Assembly (NCBI GenBank): GCA_051313645.2
Contig: JBNRSN020000007.1
Coordinates: 98,766,001 to 98,830,000, forward strand
DNA: 64,000 nt
Source of the DNA: Centroscyllium fabricii
Lineage: Eukaryota
Direction: 5' to 3'
The position numbers and the translations under genes were made by a program. The notes below the pieces were generated by a model. The model ran no database searches. It saw nothing but the letters and a program-made list of their open reading frames with translations, and had not been told where the DNA came from. This document shows, piece after piece, positions 1 through 12,008 of the stretch; position 1 is the stretch's first letter; every line of letters begins with the position of its first letter.

Positions 1-1189
1 TGATGATACAAAGATAGGTGGGAAAACAAGTTGTGAGGAGGACAAAAAGAATCTGCAAAGGGATATAGGCAGGCTAAGTGAGTGGGCAAACATTTGGCAG
101 ATGGCATATAATGTGGAAAAATGCGAGGTTATCCACTTTGGTAGGAAGAATACAAAAGCAAATGTTATTTAAATGGAGACTACAAAATGCTGTGGTACAG
201 AGGGATCTGGAGGTCCTTGTACATGAAACACAAAATGTTAGCATGCATGTACAGCAAGTAATTAGGAAGGCAAATGGAATGTTGGCCTTTATTGCAAGGG
301 GGATGGCATATAAAGGTAGAGAAGTCTTGCTACAACTGTACAGGGCATTGGTGAGACCACACCTCGAGTACTGCGTACAGTTTTGGTCTCCTTATTTAAG
401 GAGGGATATACTTGCTGTCGTAAAACACGATTTCCTAAATAACCTAGGAAGAGTTACTGGTCGGACTTTCAAACAACCTAGGAACAGTTACTGGTCGGCC
501 AGCTGAGGGCACCGACCAGGGAGTATAAATACTGGGGTCTGAGCCCCAGTTTAGACAGAGACACTCTAGAACTAGGAGGCTAGTGACTGTAAACTCATTC
601 TCACTCTTTATGTTATGTTATCAGTTGAATAAAGCCTTGCTTTATGTTCACTAAGAGCTTGGTAAGTCTTTATTACATCATTTGCATTGGAGGCAGTTCA
701 GAGAAGGTTCATGAGGTTGATTCTTGAGATGAGGGGGTTGTCTTATGAAGAAAGGTTGAGCAGATTGGGCCTATACTTATTGGAGTTTAGAAGAATGAGA
801 GGTAATCTTATTGAAACATATAAGATTTTGAGGAGGCTCGACAGGATGGATGCAGAGAGGATGTTTCCCTTTGTGGAGGAATCTAGAACTAGGGGGCATA
901 GTTTCAGAATGCGGGGTCGCCCATTTAAAACGGAGCTGAGGAGGAATTTCTTCTCTCAGAGGGTCGTGAATCTTTGGAATTCTTTACCCCAGAGAGCTGT
1001 GGAGGCAGAGTCATTGAATATATTTATGGTGGAGATAGACAGATTTTTGAACAATAGGGGAGTCAAGGGTTATGGGGAGCGTGCAGGAAAGTGGAGTTAA
1101 TGCCAAGATCAGATCAGCCATGATCTTATTGAATGGCGGAGCAGACTCGAAGGGCCAAATGACCTACTCCTGCTCCTATTTCTTATCTT
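1..1189 (+). mobile_element. CR1-type LINE, 3' part of ORF2 (RT C-terminus) and 3' UTR, interrupted by a solo LTR at 416-680
   Basis: ORFs 78..506 (LYRALVRPHLEYCVQFWSP) and 687..1100 (EAVQRRF...RRNFFSQRVVNLWNSLP) are typical CR1 ORF2 C-terminal motifs; CR1-like 3' tail gatcagccatgatc...ctactcctgctcctatttctt. Confidence 0.9.
416..680 (+). mobile_element. Solo LTR (265 bp)
   Basis: TG...CA ends; flanks cttgc (411-415) and tttgc (681-685) form a near-perfect 5-bp TSD; contains TATAAA and AATAAA; removing it rejoins the CR1 reading frame (DIL-ALEAVQ). Confidence 0.75.
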
Positions 1190-1551
1190 ATTAATTAATG
1201 TTGCTCAGGTGCTCAAAGCCTTTGGCTCAGAAGCTTAGAAAATCGTGTTGAGAGGATCCACCAGCCAAGGATCAATTACTTGGCACTGACTGAGTAACAG
1301 TGTGTGGTGCTTCAATCTCATCACAGATAACAACAAGAATGATATAATTTAATGAAACCTTAAACCTCCATTCCCTAATGGTACAACTCTACCAGCAGCA
1401 GTCAAGATGACTACCGCAATCAATTTCAAATCTACTGGCTCCTTAGGACAATGGCCATGGTTAAAAACATCGCTTTGGACATCTGCGTGCCAGCCTCAAA
1501 GAGAGGCACAGCACAGTCATAAACAAATACATCGGCCAACATAGAATATAC

Positions 1552-1851
1552 TGACGTATCTTCAATAATCTAATAAAACTAAAGACGAGTAGTTACCTCA
1601 ACTCAAGGCTTTTATTAGCTTACAATGGAGCTACGCTCCGATCGAACATCAGGTACAGAATGAATGGGGGCCGGTCAGTCCCCACCTATAAGGCACTCAC
1701 CTGAGGGGAGGAGTTAGAGGTGTGGCTGACCTGGCCCCGCTACAGTGTCGCAACACAGGACAGTTGCATCATGCACCCGACCGCTATACATACCGATAAT
1801 ATTGGTTACAATATTATGGTGGTAATTACAGTATATACAACGGTTACCACA
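1552..1851 (-). mobile_element. Solo LTR of the YLDN Gypsy family
   Basis: tgacgtatc...ggttaccaca ends as in the LTRs at 15027 and 63466; perfect 5-bp TSD tatac (1547-1551 / 1852-1856). Confidence 0.9.
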
Positions 1852-2210
1852 TATACAATAATAGAATATTAAGCATCCTGAAGCAAGGCATCTGTTGTTT
1901 GGGATGGTCTGGGTTGCCTTCTAGTAGGCAAAGTGTTTACTCTGAGCTGCATACTCCATAATCTATTTATACAGAGGAGTAGATTAATAACTGAAGAGAG
2001 AATGGGAATGCTTATGATAGAAGATATGGAATTTCAGCAGTCACAAAAAGGTGGAGATGCCCAATACTAGCAAGGAAAACCAGGGCCAAATTCAAGCAAC
2101 TTCAGGTTTCAGCTTCAGTTGGGTACTGGTTCCTAAAATATTCACGGCCATTCTGGCATATGTTCGCCGCAGCATTGGTGGCAGCATCTCAGACTGGCTG
2201 TAAAAGAGAT

Positions 2211-2313
2211 AGTAAAATACTGCAGATGCTGGAAATCCAAAATCACAACAGAAAACACTGGAGAAACTCAGCAGGCCAGGCAGCATCGGTGGAGAGAGAA
2301 ACAGAGTTAACGT
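2211..2313. repeat. Penelope-like (pLTR-type) repeat fragment, host of Gypsy element A
   Basis: aaatactgcagatgctggaaatc...gagagagaaacagagttaacgt; homologous to 37577-37660 and reverse-homologous to 62883-62955. Confidence 0.55.
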
Positions 2314-2836
2314 TGAGGTAACCGTATTACCACATGTATATAGTTACTTGTATAGTTGTGGGTGCATTGGCGGGACTTGTACACTGTGGGGTCACTTATG
2401 TATAGATACTGTATGTAAGACCAGGTCAGCCACACCTCTAACTCCTCCCCTCAGGTGGGAGCTTATAGGTAAGGTCTGCCCTGCCCCCATTCATTCTCGC
2501 CTTGTGCTCGACCAGAAACTAGCTCCATTATAAAGTTAATAAAAGCCTGTAGTTAAGGTAACTACTCGGCTTTTGTATTATTGACGATACTGTGGCGGCA
2601 CGCCCACTGAGACATCGAATCCGCCATGGGAACTCCGCGGAGCAAAGCCCCGCTCATCCGGGTGACGCGACGACGTCACCACGTCGGCCGACGCGATGAC
2701 GTCACCAACCGCGGGACTGTTTAAATACGCTCGTTGCGAGTGGTTCACTCTCTTTCTTGTTTTGTTTAGTATATTAAAGCTGTATTTTCTCTAGCTCTGG
2801 CTCACGTGTGGTTCCTAGGCCCTGCCGGCGCTACAG

Positions 2837-2848
2837 TGGTGACCCCGA
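2837..2848 (+). promoter_or_regulatory. Primer-binding site, tRNA-Trp type
   Basis: TGGTGACCCCGA 1 nt after the LTR; identical to the first 12 nt of the tRNA-Trp PBS known from avian retroviruses (TGGTGACCCCGACGTGAT). Confidence 0.8.
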
Positions 2849-2926
2849 ACTGGAACGACTTCCAGAGAAGAAAAGCTGCCGCAGGATCTGGGACCACCAG
2901 CCAAAGAACTTTTTAAATAAGAAAAC

Positions 2927-3128
2927 ATGGTAAACCCAAGGAACCAAGCTCCACGAACGCAAGGACTTGGCCAGAACGCCGGACGTGGACTAACTCTACC
3001 CGAGTTCTGGGAGCAACGGCCAGTGGCCTGGTTTATGTGCATCGAGACCAGCTGCCGCACACATGGCATCCAGGGGGACGACCGCTACGACCTGGTGTTC
3101 TCAGCCCTACCACAGACGACGATCGATC
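2927..3128 (+). pseudogene. gag: N-terminal gag of element B, cut off by insertion of element C
   Basis: LPEFWEQRPVAWF motif; the protein continues at 8129 ([14 protein letters not shown]). Confidence 0.8.
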
Positions 3129-3378
3129 GGTTACCATTGTTGTATACCTGTGTGCAAAGATGCTGCTGGGAGCCAGGTCAGCCACACCCCCGACTCCTCC
3201 CCCCAGGTGGGAGCACTATAAAGGTGTGGTCTGACCCAGCCCCTTTCATTCCTGTATGTGATCTGCCGAGGAGATTAGCTCCATTCTTTATTAATTAAAA
3301 GCCTTGTATTAACGGTAACTACGAGTCGTCTTTAATTAAGTTAGCGACCACGCTACAATTTTAATTAATAATTTTACA

Positions 3379-6300
3379 ATGGAGAGCTGGACATTAGCCC
3401 CCAGGATGCCGCGGCACCGGTCACCTTCAAGCTCTGGTTCAGAGTGCTAGAGGCCTATATGGCAGTCGCCAAGGCTGAAACGGATGCGCAAAAACTGCAA
3501 GTACTGCTATCCAAGATCTCCAGCAGGGTTTTCACCCTCATCGAGGACCATACAACGTACGTAGAAACGGTGGCGACCCTCAAGAGGTACTACGAGCGCC
3601 TGGCCCACACGGTCTACGCCCGCCACCTACTAGCGACCCGACCTCAACTACCCGGTGAGTCAAACGACGAGTTTGAGCAAGCGCTCCGGGGCATGATACG
3701 GGCCTGTGGCTGTAAGGGTGGAATGACTATGATACAGGAGGAAAACCTCCTCCTCCGGGACGCCTTCGTCTCAGGACTAAGATGCGCAGTAGCATGTCAG
3801 AGGCTACTGGAAAAGGAAAATCTGACCTTTGAAGAGGCAACCGCGTTAGCAAAATCGGTGGAAGGGGCCCGCAACAAATTTCAGACGTACGGTGGTACCA
3901 GCTACCAAGCTTACAATGTTTGGGCCGCGACCCAACAGGCGCCACGGATCGAGAGCCCCACCATGGCCGCGACGGCCACCACGGACACTAAGCATAAACA
4001 TTGTTATTTTTGCGGCAAAGGATTGCACCCCAGGGCAAAGTGTCCAGCCAAGACGGCGACCTGTGACAAATGCTCCAAGAAGGGACACTTCTCAAAGGTC
4101 TGCAGATCCAATCCAGCTGCAGCACCAAAAAAGTACAACAGTGCCTGTGAGAGCTCTCAGGAACAGGTAAGCTGCATTTGCAGTAATTTATCCCGACGGC
4201 AAGCGCCCCCCCACCCACCTCGATGCAGCGGCGACCAGCCGAACGCGACCCTCCTACGCGGCCGGCTGCATGCGAACCACGGGCGCCGCCAGCGCGTTCA
4301 CCGCGGTTCGCTGTGTGCAGATCACGGGCACCGCCAACGCCTTCACCGCAGTTCGCTGCGTGCGAATCACGGGCACCGCCAGCGCCTTCACCGCGGTTCG
4401 CTGCGTGCGAATCACGGGCACCGCCAGCGCCTTCACCGCGGTTCGCTGCATGCAGATCACGGGCACTGCCAGCGCCTTCACCGCGGTTAGCTGCGTGCGA
4501 ACCACGGGCGCCGCCAGCGCCTTCACCGCGGTTCGCTGCGTGCGGATCACGGGCACCGCCAGCACGCCAGGGCTCTGTACTAACCGAATCTTGTCTTCCC
4601 CCAGGTCCCTCCATGTGCGAGCCAGGGGGGCGGCCATCTTGTCTTCCCCCAGGTCCCTCCATGTGCGAGCCAGGGGGGCGGCCATCTTGTCTTCCCCCAG
4701 GCCCCTCTATGTGCGAGCCAGGGGGGCGGCCATTTTGTCAGGTCCCCTCCACGTGCGAGCCAGGGGGGCGGCCATCTTGTATTCAGGGCCCCTCCATGTG
4801 CGAGCCAGGGGGGCGGCCATTTTGTCAGGTCCCCTCCACGTGCGAGCCAGGGGGGTGGCCATCTTGTATTCAGGGCCCCTCCATGTGCGAGCCAGGGGGG
4901 CGGCCATTTTGTTTTCAGGCCCCCTCCATGTGCAAGCCAGGGGGGCGGCCATTTTGTGCGCAGCTCCCTTCAGCAGGGGCTGCGGCAACCGGACCTACAG
5001 TTAGCCAGGACAAGCCCCACACCCTGTCTAACTCCATAAGGCCAATCAAAATCAACGATCACATGGTCAACTGCCTTTTTGACACGGGCAGCACCGAGAG
5101 CTTTATCCACCCTAATACAGTGCGGCGCTTCGGACTGCAGGTCCTGCCCACTAACTACCAAGTCTCATTAGCTTCACAGTCCCACACCGCGGACGTCACC
5201 GGCTACTGCTCCGTCACGCTCACCGTCCAGGGACGCGTGTACCGTAATTTTAAATTGTATACCATCCAGCAGTTGTGTGCCCCAGCCTTACTAGGTCTGG
5301 ACTTCCAGTGCCACTTCAGGAGTGTGACAATGGAGTTCGGCGGGACCCTTCCCCCACTCACCCTCAGTAGCCGGGACAATCTCCTCCCAAAGCGGACCCC
5401 GGCCTGCGGCCTCTCCACCCTGAAAATCGATCCCCCCTCGCTGTTCGCCAACCTCGATCCGAAGTGCAAACCTATCGCCACTAAGAGTCGGCGGTACAGC
5501 GAGGGGGACCGCATGTTTATCAGGTCGGAGGTCGGGCGGATGCTAAAGGAGGGGATTATTGAAGCCAGCACCAGCCCCTGGCACGCCCAAGTTGTAGTGG
5601 TGAAGTCTGGCGACAAACAACGGCTGGTTATCGATTACAGCCAGACTATCAACCGCTACACCGGGCTCGACGCCTACCCCCTTCCCCGCATCTCGGAAAT
5701 GGTCAATCAGATCGCCCAGTACAAGGTGTTCTCCACGATCGACCTTAAATCGGCGTATCACCAGCTCCCGATCCGGAAAGCTGACCGCCCCTACACCGCC
5801 TTCGAGGCGAACGGTCGGCTCTATCACTTCCTCCGGGTCCCATTTGGCGCGACCAACGGAGTGTCAGTGTTCCAGCGGGAGATGGACCGTATGGTTGATC
5901 AAAATGACTTGCAGGCCACCTTCCCTTACCTGGACAATGTGACCATCTGCGGCCACGACCAGCAGGACCACGATGCCAATCTGGCCAAATTCCTTGACAC
6001 GGCAGCTAAGCTGGACCTTACGTATAACAAAGACAAATGTGTCTTTAATACAACCCGGCTCGCCATCCTCGGATACGTGGTGGAGAACGGGCTCCTCGAC
6101 CCCGACCCACAGCGTATGCGACCCCTGCTAGAACTGCCCTTACCTCACAACCCCAAAGCCTTGAGGAGATGTCTAGGATTTTTCTCCTACTATGCACAAT
6201 GGGTCCCGCAGTTCGCAGACCACTCCTCAAGGCTGCCGTCTTCCCTCTTTCTATAGAAGCTCAAACGGCATTCGAAAAGATAAAAGGAGATATTATCAAG

Positions 6301-7866
6301 GCGACCAAGCTCGCTGTTGATGAATCCATCCCTTTCCAGGTGGAGAGTGACGCTTCGGACTTTGCCCTTGCTGCCACCCTGAATCAGGCAGGCAGGCCCG
6401 TAGCGTTTTTCTCCCGCACCTTACAGGGACCCGAAACTCGCCACTCAGCAGTGGAAAAGGAGGCCCAGGCCATTGTGGAGGCTGTGCGCTACTGGCGTCA
6501 TTACCTGGCCGGTAAGCATTTTACCCTGCTCACCGACCAACGGTCGGTGGCGTTTATGTTTAACAACAAACTACGGGGTAAAATCAAGAATGATAAGATC
6601 ATGCGGTGGCGGATCGAACTCTCGACTTACGAGTACGACATTCTTTACCGACCAGGGAAACTCAATGAACCCCCGGACGCACTGTCCAGGGGAACGTGCG
6701 CCAGTGCCCAGCTAGACCGGCTGAAGGACCTCCACGACCGCCTCTGCCACCCGGGTGTCACCAGACTCGCCCATTTTGTCAAATCCCATAGCCTCCCCTA
6801 CTCCATCACGGAGATCAAGGCTATGACCCGAGATTGCCCTGTCTGCGCCGAGTGCAAACCCCACTTTTTCCGGCCAGACACGGCGCACCTCATCAAGGCC
6901 ACCCGCCCCTTTGAACGCCTCAGCGTAGACTTCAAAGGCCCCCTCCCCTCCACTGATCGCAACTCATACTTCCTCACGGTAGTGGATGAGTTCTCCCGCT
7001 TCCCCTTCGCCTTCCCCTGCCCAGACATGACGAGCGCAACGGTGATCAAACACTTCACCACGCTGTTCGCCATCTTCGGTCTCCCCAGCTACATCCATAG
7101 CGACCGGGGGTCATCGTTCATGAGCGATGAACTGCGTCAGTTTCTGCTCCAGAGAGGGGTTGCCACGAGCAGAACGACCAGTTACAACCCCCGGGGGAAC
7201 GGCCAGGTAGAAAGGGAGAATGGGATCATTTGGAAGGCGGTCACCCTGGCCCTCAAGTCCAGAGGCCTTCCAGTGTCCCATTGGCAGGCAGTCCTCCCAG
7301 ACGCGCTGCACTCTATTAGGTCGTTATTATGTACAGCTACTAATGCCACCCCGCACGATCTTGTTTTTTCTTTCAACAGGAAGTCAACTTCGGGGACGGC
7401 GCTCCCACCATGGCTGACGACCCCTGGGCCGGTGTTCCTTAAGCGGCACGTTCGGTGCCACAAGATGGACCCCCTGGTGGACAAGGTACAGCTCCTACAC
7501 GCCAACCCGCACTATGCCTTTGTGCAGTTCCCAGACGGGCGTGAGGACACCGTGTCCATCAGGGACCTGGCCCCGGCCGGCAACACCGCCACAGCGCCTC
7601 CTGCTGGCCAGCAGGTCAACCTACCATCAGACACAAGATGGGCCCCGAGTTTCCCCGCCGATGCACCAGACGAGGTCCAGCAGAACCCACCACGTCCTGA
7701 AACTACAGCACCGACGGAGGCGGGCTATTCGGCCATGGGGGCATCACCACCAACATCGGAACCCCGGCGGTCCGCAAGACAAACGCGACCGCCGGAGAGA
7801 CTTATCACGAACTGTTCGATACATTCACCCCCCCCCCCGGACTCAAAGTTTTTAACAAGGGGTGAA
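3379..7866 (+). pseudogene. gag-pol: gag-pol of element C with frameshifts (near 3388, ~4200, ~6220)
   Basis: Zinc knuckles CYFCGKGLHPRAKC and CDKCSKKGHFSKVC; protease LFDTGS; [15 protein letters not shown]; RNase H ESDASD; integrase HHCC, DFKGP, SDRGS, GQVER. Confidence 0.9.
4268..4955 (+). repeat. Two in-frame tandem arrays (45-bp RFAACESRAPPAPSP units; 42-48-bp CEPGGRPSC units) between gag and protease
   Basis: Repeats visible in DNA and in ORF 4223..6256; unit lengths are multiples of 3. Confidence 0.9.
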
Positions 7867-8128
7867 TGTGGTAACCCTTATATGGGTAACCCTTATATGG
7901 GTTACCATTGTTGTATACCTGTGTGCAAAGATGCTGCTGGGAGCCAGGTCAGCCACACCCCCGACTCCTCCCCCCAGGTGGGAGCACTATAAAGGTGTGG
8001 TCTGACCCAGCCCCTTTCATTCCTGTATGTGATCTGCCGAGGAGATTAGCTCCATTCTTTATTAATTAAAAGCCTTGTGTTAACGGTAACTACGAGTCGT
8101 CTTTAATTAAGTTAGCGACCATGCTACA

Positions 8129-11100
8129 GTGCCCACCGCAGGCAGTTATGAATCACTCAAGGCCGCGCTTATAATTTTTTTTACCCCCTCTCAATTTGAG
8201 CGCGACTGCCAGCTCCTCGACCTCCCCGAACTCGGGGACGCAGACCCATCGGACCTCTTAGGTCAGATGCAAGCGCTCACACCCAACCTGGCCTCCCTCT
8301 TCCGCAACGTCTTCCTCCTTAAACTACCCCGCGCCATCAGACCGGCCTTGGCGGCCCTTGGCCAGCGGAGCGATGACGAGCTCGGAGAGGAAGCCGACAG
8401 GCTCATGGAGGCGCAGCGCACCCGCTCAACCACGTGCGACCCTAACTCCGCATCGGTAGAGCGCAGCCAATCACCCCCCAGGCATAACTTTACGCCTGAA
8501 CCTAGGGCCCCACGCTCACCTAGGCAACCGCGTCCCTCTAGCACCGGCTGGTGCTACTACCACACGCGGTTCGATCATAAAGCGCACCGCTGCGTCCAGC
8601 CATGCGCGTTCAAGCCACGGCCCAACTCAGCCCCCACCATGTCTGTAGGCCACACAGGAGCACTGCTCTTTGCCACAGACAGCGGCACAGGTCTCAGGTT
8701 CCTCTGCGACACAGGCGCGCAGCAAAGCATCGTGCCAGCCTCCCCTGCAGAAACCAAACAAGGCACCCGGGGCCCGCCACTAGCGGCGGCCAACGGCTCC
8801 AGTATAAAAACGTACGGCACCTGCAAGCTTACAATTACCCTTGCAAGCCACGCGTACACTTGGGATTTCGTAACGGCCCAGGTCACATCGCCCCTCCTCG
8901 GGGCAGACTTCCTCTGCGCCTACGGCCTACTGGTCGACGTAAACCGGCGCCGCTTGGTCAACATAAATACTATGACGACCATCCCATGCTCCACAGGGCC
9001 CGCACTCCTGGCCCACGCGGCAGCCCAATGCCGCTCCCGGGACTCCGATGCCTACGGCACACTCCTGGCAGAGTTCCCCGCCCTAACCAACCCCACGTTC
9101 ACCGCCCGCCAGGCCAAACACGGGGTGGAGCATTTTATAACGACCACAGGCCCTCCCATCCATGCCCACGCCCGTAGGCTCGACCCGGCCAAGCAGGAGA
9201 TAGCGCGCACCGAGTTCCGCACCATGGAGCAACTCGGTATAATCCGCCACTCCAGCAGCCCCTGGTCCTCTCCGCTCCACATAGCCCCCAAGCCCGACGG
9301 AGGGTGGCGCCCCTGCGGCGACTACCGCCGCCTAAACAACGCCACCACCCCGGATAGGTACCCCGTACCCCACATCCAGGATTTTTCCGCCAGATTAGCG
9401 GGCTGTACGATCTTTTCCAAGATCGACCTGGTGCGTGGCTACCACCAGGTGCCGGTACACCCGGCGGACATTCCAAAAACGGCCGTTATTACCCCCTTCG
9501 GGCTCTTCGAGTTCCTGAGGATGCCCTTCGGCCTTAAAAATGCGGCCCAGGCCTTCCAGCGCCTCATGGACTCAGTCCTACGGGACTTGAGGTTCATTTT
9601 CGTCTATTTAGACGACATTCTCGTGGCCAGCACCTCCCCCCAGGAACATCTCCTGCACCTCAGGACCCTGTTCCAGCGCCTTACCGAACACAGCCTTATC
9701 TTAAGCCCCACCAAGTGCAAATTCGGCCTCGAGACTATTGACTTCCTCGGCCACCGCATTTCCCAAACAGGGGCCATACCCCTGCCCTCCAAGGTGCAGG
9801 CGGTACAGGAATTCCCCCGCCCGCACTCCATTAAAGGGCTGCAGGAATTTTTAGGCATGGTTAATTTTTATAACCGCTTTATCCCGGGAGCAGCCGCTCT
9901 CATGGCCCCCTTATACCAGGCCACCCGCGGGCAGTCCAACAAGGCTGCGGTTGAGTGGACGGCCGACGCCGCCACCGCCTTCACCGCAACTAAAACCGCC
10001 CTGGCAAACGCCACCCTCCTAGCCCACCCTAGGCCCAATGCCAGAGTAGCCCTCACCACCGACGCCTCCGACCATGCGGTCGGGGCCGTATTTGAGCAGT
10101 GGACCGGCAACTCGTGGCAGCCCCTGGCCTTTTTCAGCCGGCAACTCCGACCCCCAGAGGTTAAATACAGCGCCTTCGATAGGGAGCTACTCGCTCTCCA
10201 TCTGGCAGTGCGACACTTTCGTTTCCTCTTGGAGGGCCGCCACTTCACAGCCTTCAGCGACCATAAGCCACTCACGTTTGCGATGGCTAAGGTCGCCGAA
10301 CCCTGGTCGGCCAGGCAGCAGCGCCAACTCGCGGCCGTGTCGGAATTTACAACCGACATCCAGCACATTTCCGGCCGCGACAACGTGGTCGCTGACTGCC
10401 TCTCACGCCCCACCATTAACGCCGCCCAAATGGCGGTCGATTACGCCCAGCTGGCCGCGGACCAGCTGGCCGACCCCGACCTGCTCAACGCAGCAGCTAA
10501 TCTCCCCGGCCTCCACTTGGCCAAAATCGCGCATGGCCCCGCTGCCACTGTCGTCTGCTGCGACGTATCCTTGCCGCAACCCAGGCCAGTCGTACCCCAC
10601 GCTTGGAGGCGACACATATTTAAGACCCTCCATGACCTGTCCCACCCCGGCGCCTGCACGTCCATCAAATTAATCTCGGCCCGATTCGTATGGCGTGGCC
10701 TGCGCAAGGACGTCCGCGCCTGGGCCAGCTCCTGCATAGCCTGCCAGCGCTCCAAAGTGCATAAGCACATCAGGGCACCGCTGGAAACTTTTAAAGTGCC
10801 GGCCAGACGCTTTGACCACGTCCATATCGATCTCGTCGGGCCACTACCGCCATCCCGGGGCCACACGCACCTAATGACCATGGTCGACCGCAACACTCGC
10901 TGGCCAGAAGCAGTCCCCCTCACTGCCACCGGCACCACGGACTTGGCCAGGGCGTTCATCGCCACCTGGGTCGCCCGCTTTGGCGTGCCCACAGACATCA
11001 CCTCCGACAGAGGACCCCAGTTTACGTCGGCATTATGGGCGGCCATCGCCCGCGACCTTGGGGTGACACTACACCGAACCACCGCATACCACCCACAGGC

Positions 11101-11731
11101 GAACGGCCTATGCGAACGGTTCCACCGCTCAATGAAGTCATCACTACGAGCCACACTAAAGGACGCATCGTGGACCGACCGCCTTCCATGGGTTCTCCTC
11201 GGGCTGCGCTCGGCAGTCAAGAAAGAACTAAACGCCTCGGCAGCAGAGCTCGTCTACGGCCAAACTCTAACGGTGCCGGGCGAGTTCCTGGCTGAGCCCA
11301 ACGCTCCCTGGTCAGCCGACCAGTATTTAAAAGACTTCGCCAACCCGGCACGAGCTTTCCAGCCACTACCAGTGGCCCGGCACGGAGAGCCGGCAGCTCG
11401 GGTGCCGGACGACATTAAAAAAGCTAAATTTGTGTTCGTCCGGCGCGACGGACACCGATCTCCACTACAGCCACCGTACGATGGCCCCTACAGAGTGCTT
11501 CGGGCGGGAGCTAAAGCGTTTGAATTACAAATGGGCAACAGGACTGACACTGTGACAATAGACTGGCTCAAGCCGGCGCACGTTATAGCGGGTGAGACAA
11601 CGGTCCCCGCACAACCACCACAACGCGGTCGCCCTCCCGCAACAAAACCCGCCCACACTCCACCGCAGAACCAGGAGCAACAGACAACACGGTCCGGCCG
11701 CATCATCCGGCCACCCCAACGGCACACATAG
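8129..11731 (+). CDS. gag-pol: Uninterrupted remainder of the gag-pol polyprotein of element B (1200 aa)
   Basis: CHCC finger [18 protein letters not shown]; protease CDTGA; RT YLDD; RNase H TDASD; integrase HHCC, DLVGP, SDRG, GLCER; GPY motif. Confidence 0.93.
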   Translation: MPTAGSYESLKAALIIFFTPSQFERDCQLLDLPELGDADPSDLLGQMQALTPNLASLFRNVFLLKLPRAIRPALAALGQRSDDELGEEADRLMEAQRTRSTTCDPNSASVERSQSPPRHNFTPEPRAPRSPRQPRPSSTGWCYYHTRFDHKAHRCVQPCAFKPRPNSAPTMSVGHTGALLFATDSGTGLRFLCDTGAQQSIVPASPAETKQGTRGPPLAAANGSSIKTYGTCKLTITLASHAYTWDFVTAQVTSPLLGADFLCAYGLLVDVNRRRLVNINTMTTIPCSTGPALLAHAAAQCRSRDSDAYGTLLAEFPALTNPTFTARQAKHGVEHFITTTGPPIHAHARRLDPAKQEIARTEFRTMEQLGIIRHSSSPWSSPLHIAPKPDGGWRPCGDYRRLNNATTPDRYPVPHIQDFSARLAGCTIFSKIDLVRGYHQVPVHPADIPKTAVITPFGLFEFLRMPFGLKNAAQAFQRLMDSVLRDLRFIFVYLDDILVASTSPQEHLLHLRTLFQRLTEHSLILSPTKCKFGLETIDFLGHRISQTGAIPLPSKVQAVQEFPRPHSIKGLQEFLGMVNFYNRFIPGAAALMAPLYQATRGQSNKAAVEWTADAATAFTATKTALANATLLAHPRPNARVALTTDASDHAVGAVFEQWTGNSWQPLAFFSRQLRPPEVKYSAFDRELLALHLAVRHFRFLLEGRHFTAFSDHKPLTFAMAKVAEPWSARQQRQLAAVSEFTTDIQHISGRDNVVADCLSRPTINAAQMAVDYAQLAADQLADPDLLNAAANLPGLHLAKIAHGPAATVVCCDVSLPQPRPVVPHAWRRHIFKTLHDLSHPGACTSIKLISARFVWRGLRKDVRAWASSCIACQRSKVHKHIRAPLETFKVPARRFDHVHIDLVGPLPPSRGHTHLMTMVDRNTRWPEAVPLTATGTTDLARAFIATWVARFGVPTDITSDRGPQFTSALWAAIARDLGVTLHRTTAYHPQANGLCERFHRSMKSSLRATLKDASWTDRLPWVLLGLRSAVKKELNASAAELVYGQTLTVPGEFLAEPNAPWSADQYLKDFANPARAFQPLPVARHGEPAARVPDDIKKAKFVFVRRDGHRSPLQPPYDGPYRVLRAGAKAFELQMGNRTDTVTIDWLKPAHVIAGETTVPAQPPQRGRPPATKPAHTPPQNQEQQTTRSGRIIRPPQRHT

Positions 11732-12008
11732 ACTCTGTCACTATTCCTCCCGGACGGATTCTGGGGGGAGCTGTGTGGCGGCACGCCCACTGAGACATTG
11801 AATCCGCCACAGGAACTCCGCGGAGCAAAGCCCCGCTCATCCGGGTGACGCGATGACGTCACCAACCGCGGGACTGTTTAAATACGCTCGTTGCGAGTGG
11901 TTCACTCTCTTTCTTGTTTTGTTTAGTATATTAAAGCTGTGTTTTCTCTAGCTCTGGCTCACGTGTGGTTCCTAGGCCCTGCCGGTGCTACAATACGTCA
12001 ATTTTAAT

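Larger units (their letters stand above)
3129..8128 (+). mobile_element. Gypsy element C (YLDN family); 5' LTR 3129-3357 (first ~33 bp deleted), 3' LTR 7867-8128
   Basis: Near-identical LTRs ending gctaca; PPT aagggggtgaa-like before 7867; no TSD because a small deletion removed the left junction. Confidence 0.9.
2591..11992 (+). mobile_element. Gypsy LTR retrotransposon B, CsRn1/Kabuki-like; LTRs 2591-2835 and 11774-11992
   Basis: TG..CA LTRs differing by a 26-bp duplication and a few substitutions; 4-bp TSD atac (2587-2590 / 11993-11996); PBS tggtgaccccga; PPT ctggggggag. Confidence 0.92.

Noticed and set aside
4190-4230. Programmed gag-pol frameshift in element C
   Set aside because: Sister element D has gag and pol in one frame, so the shift near the C-run is more likely a mutation or sequencing error.
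10441-11220. 259-aa antisense ORF in element B
   Set aside because: Shadow ORF of GC-rich coding sequence with no recognisable motif.
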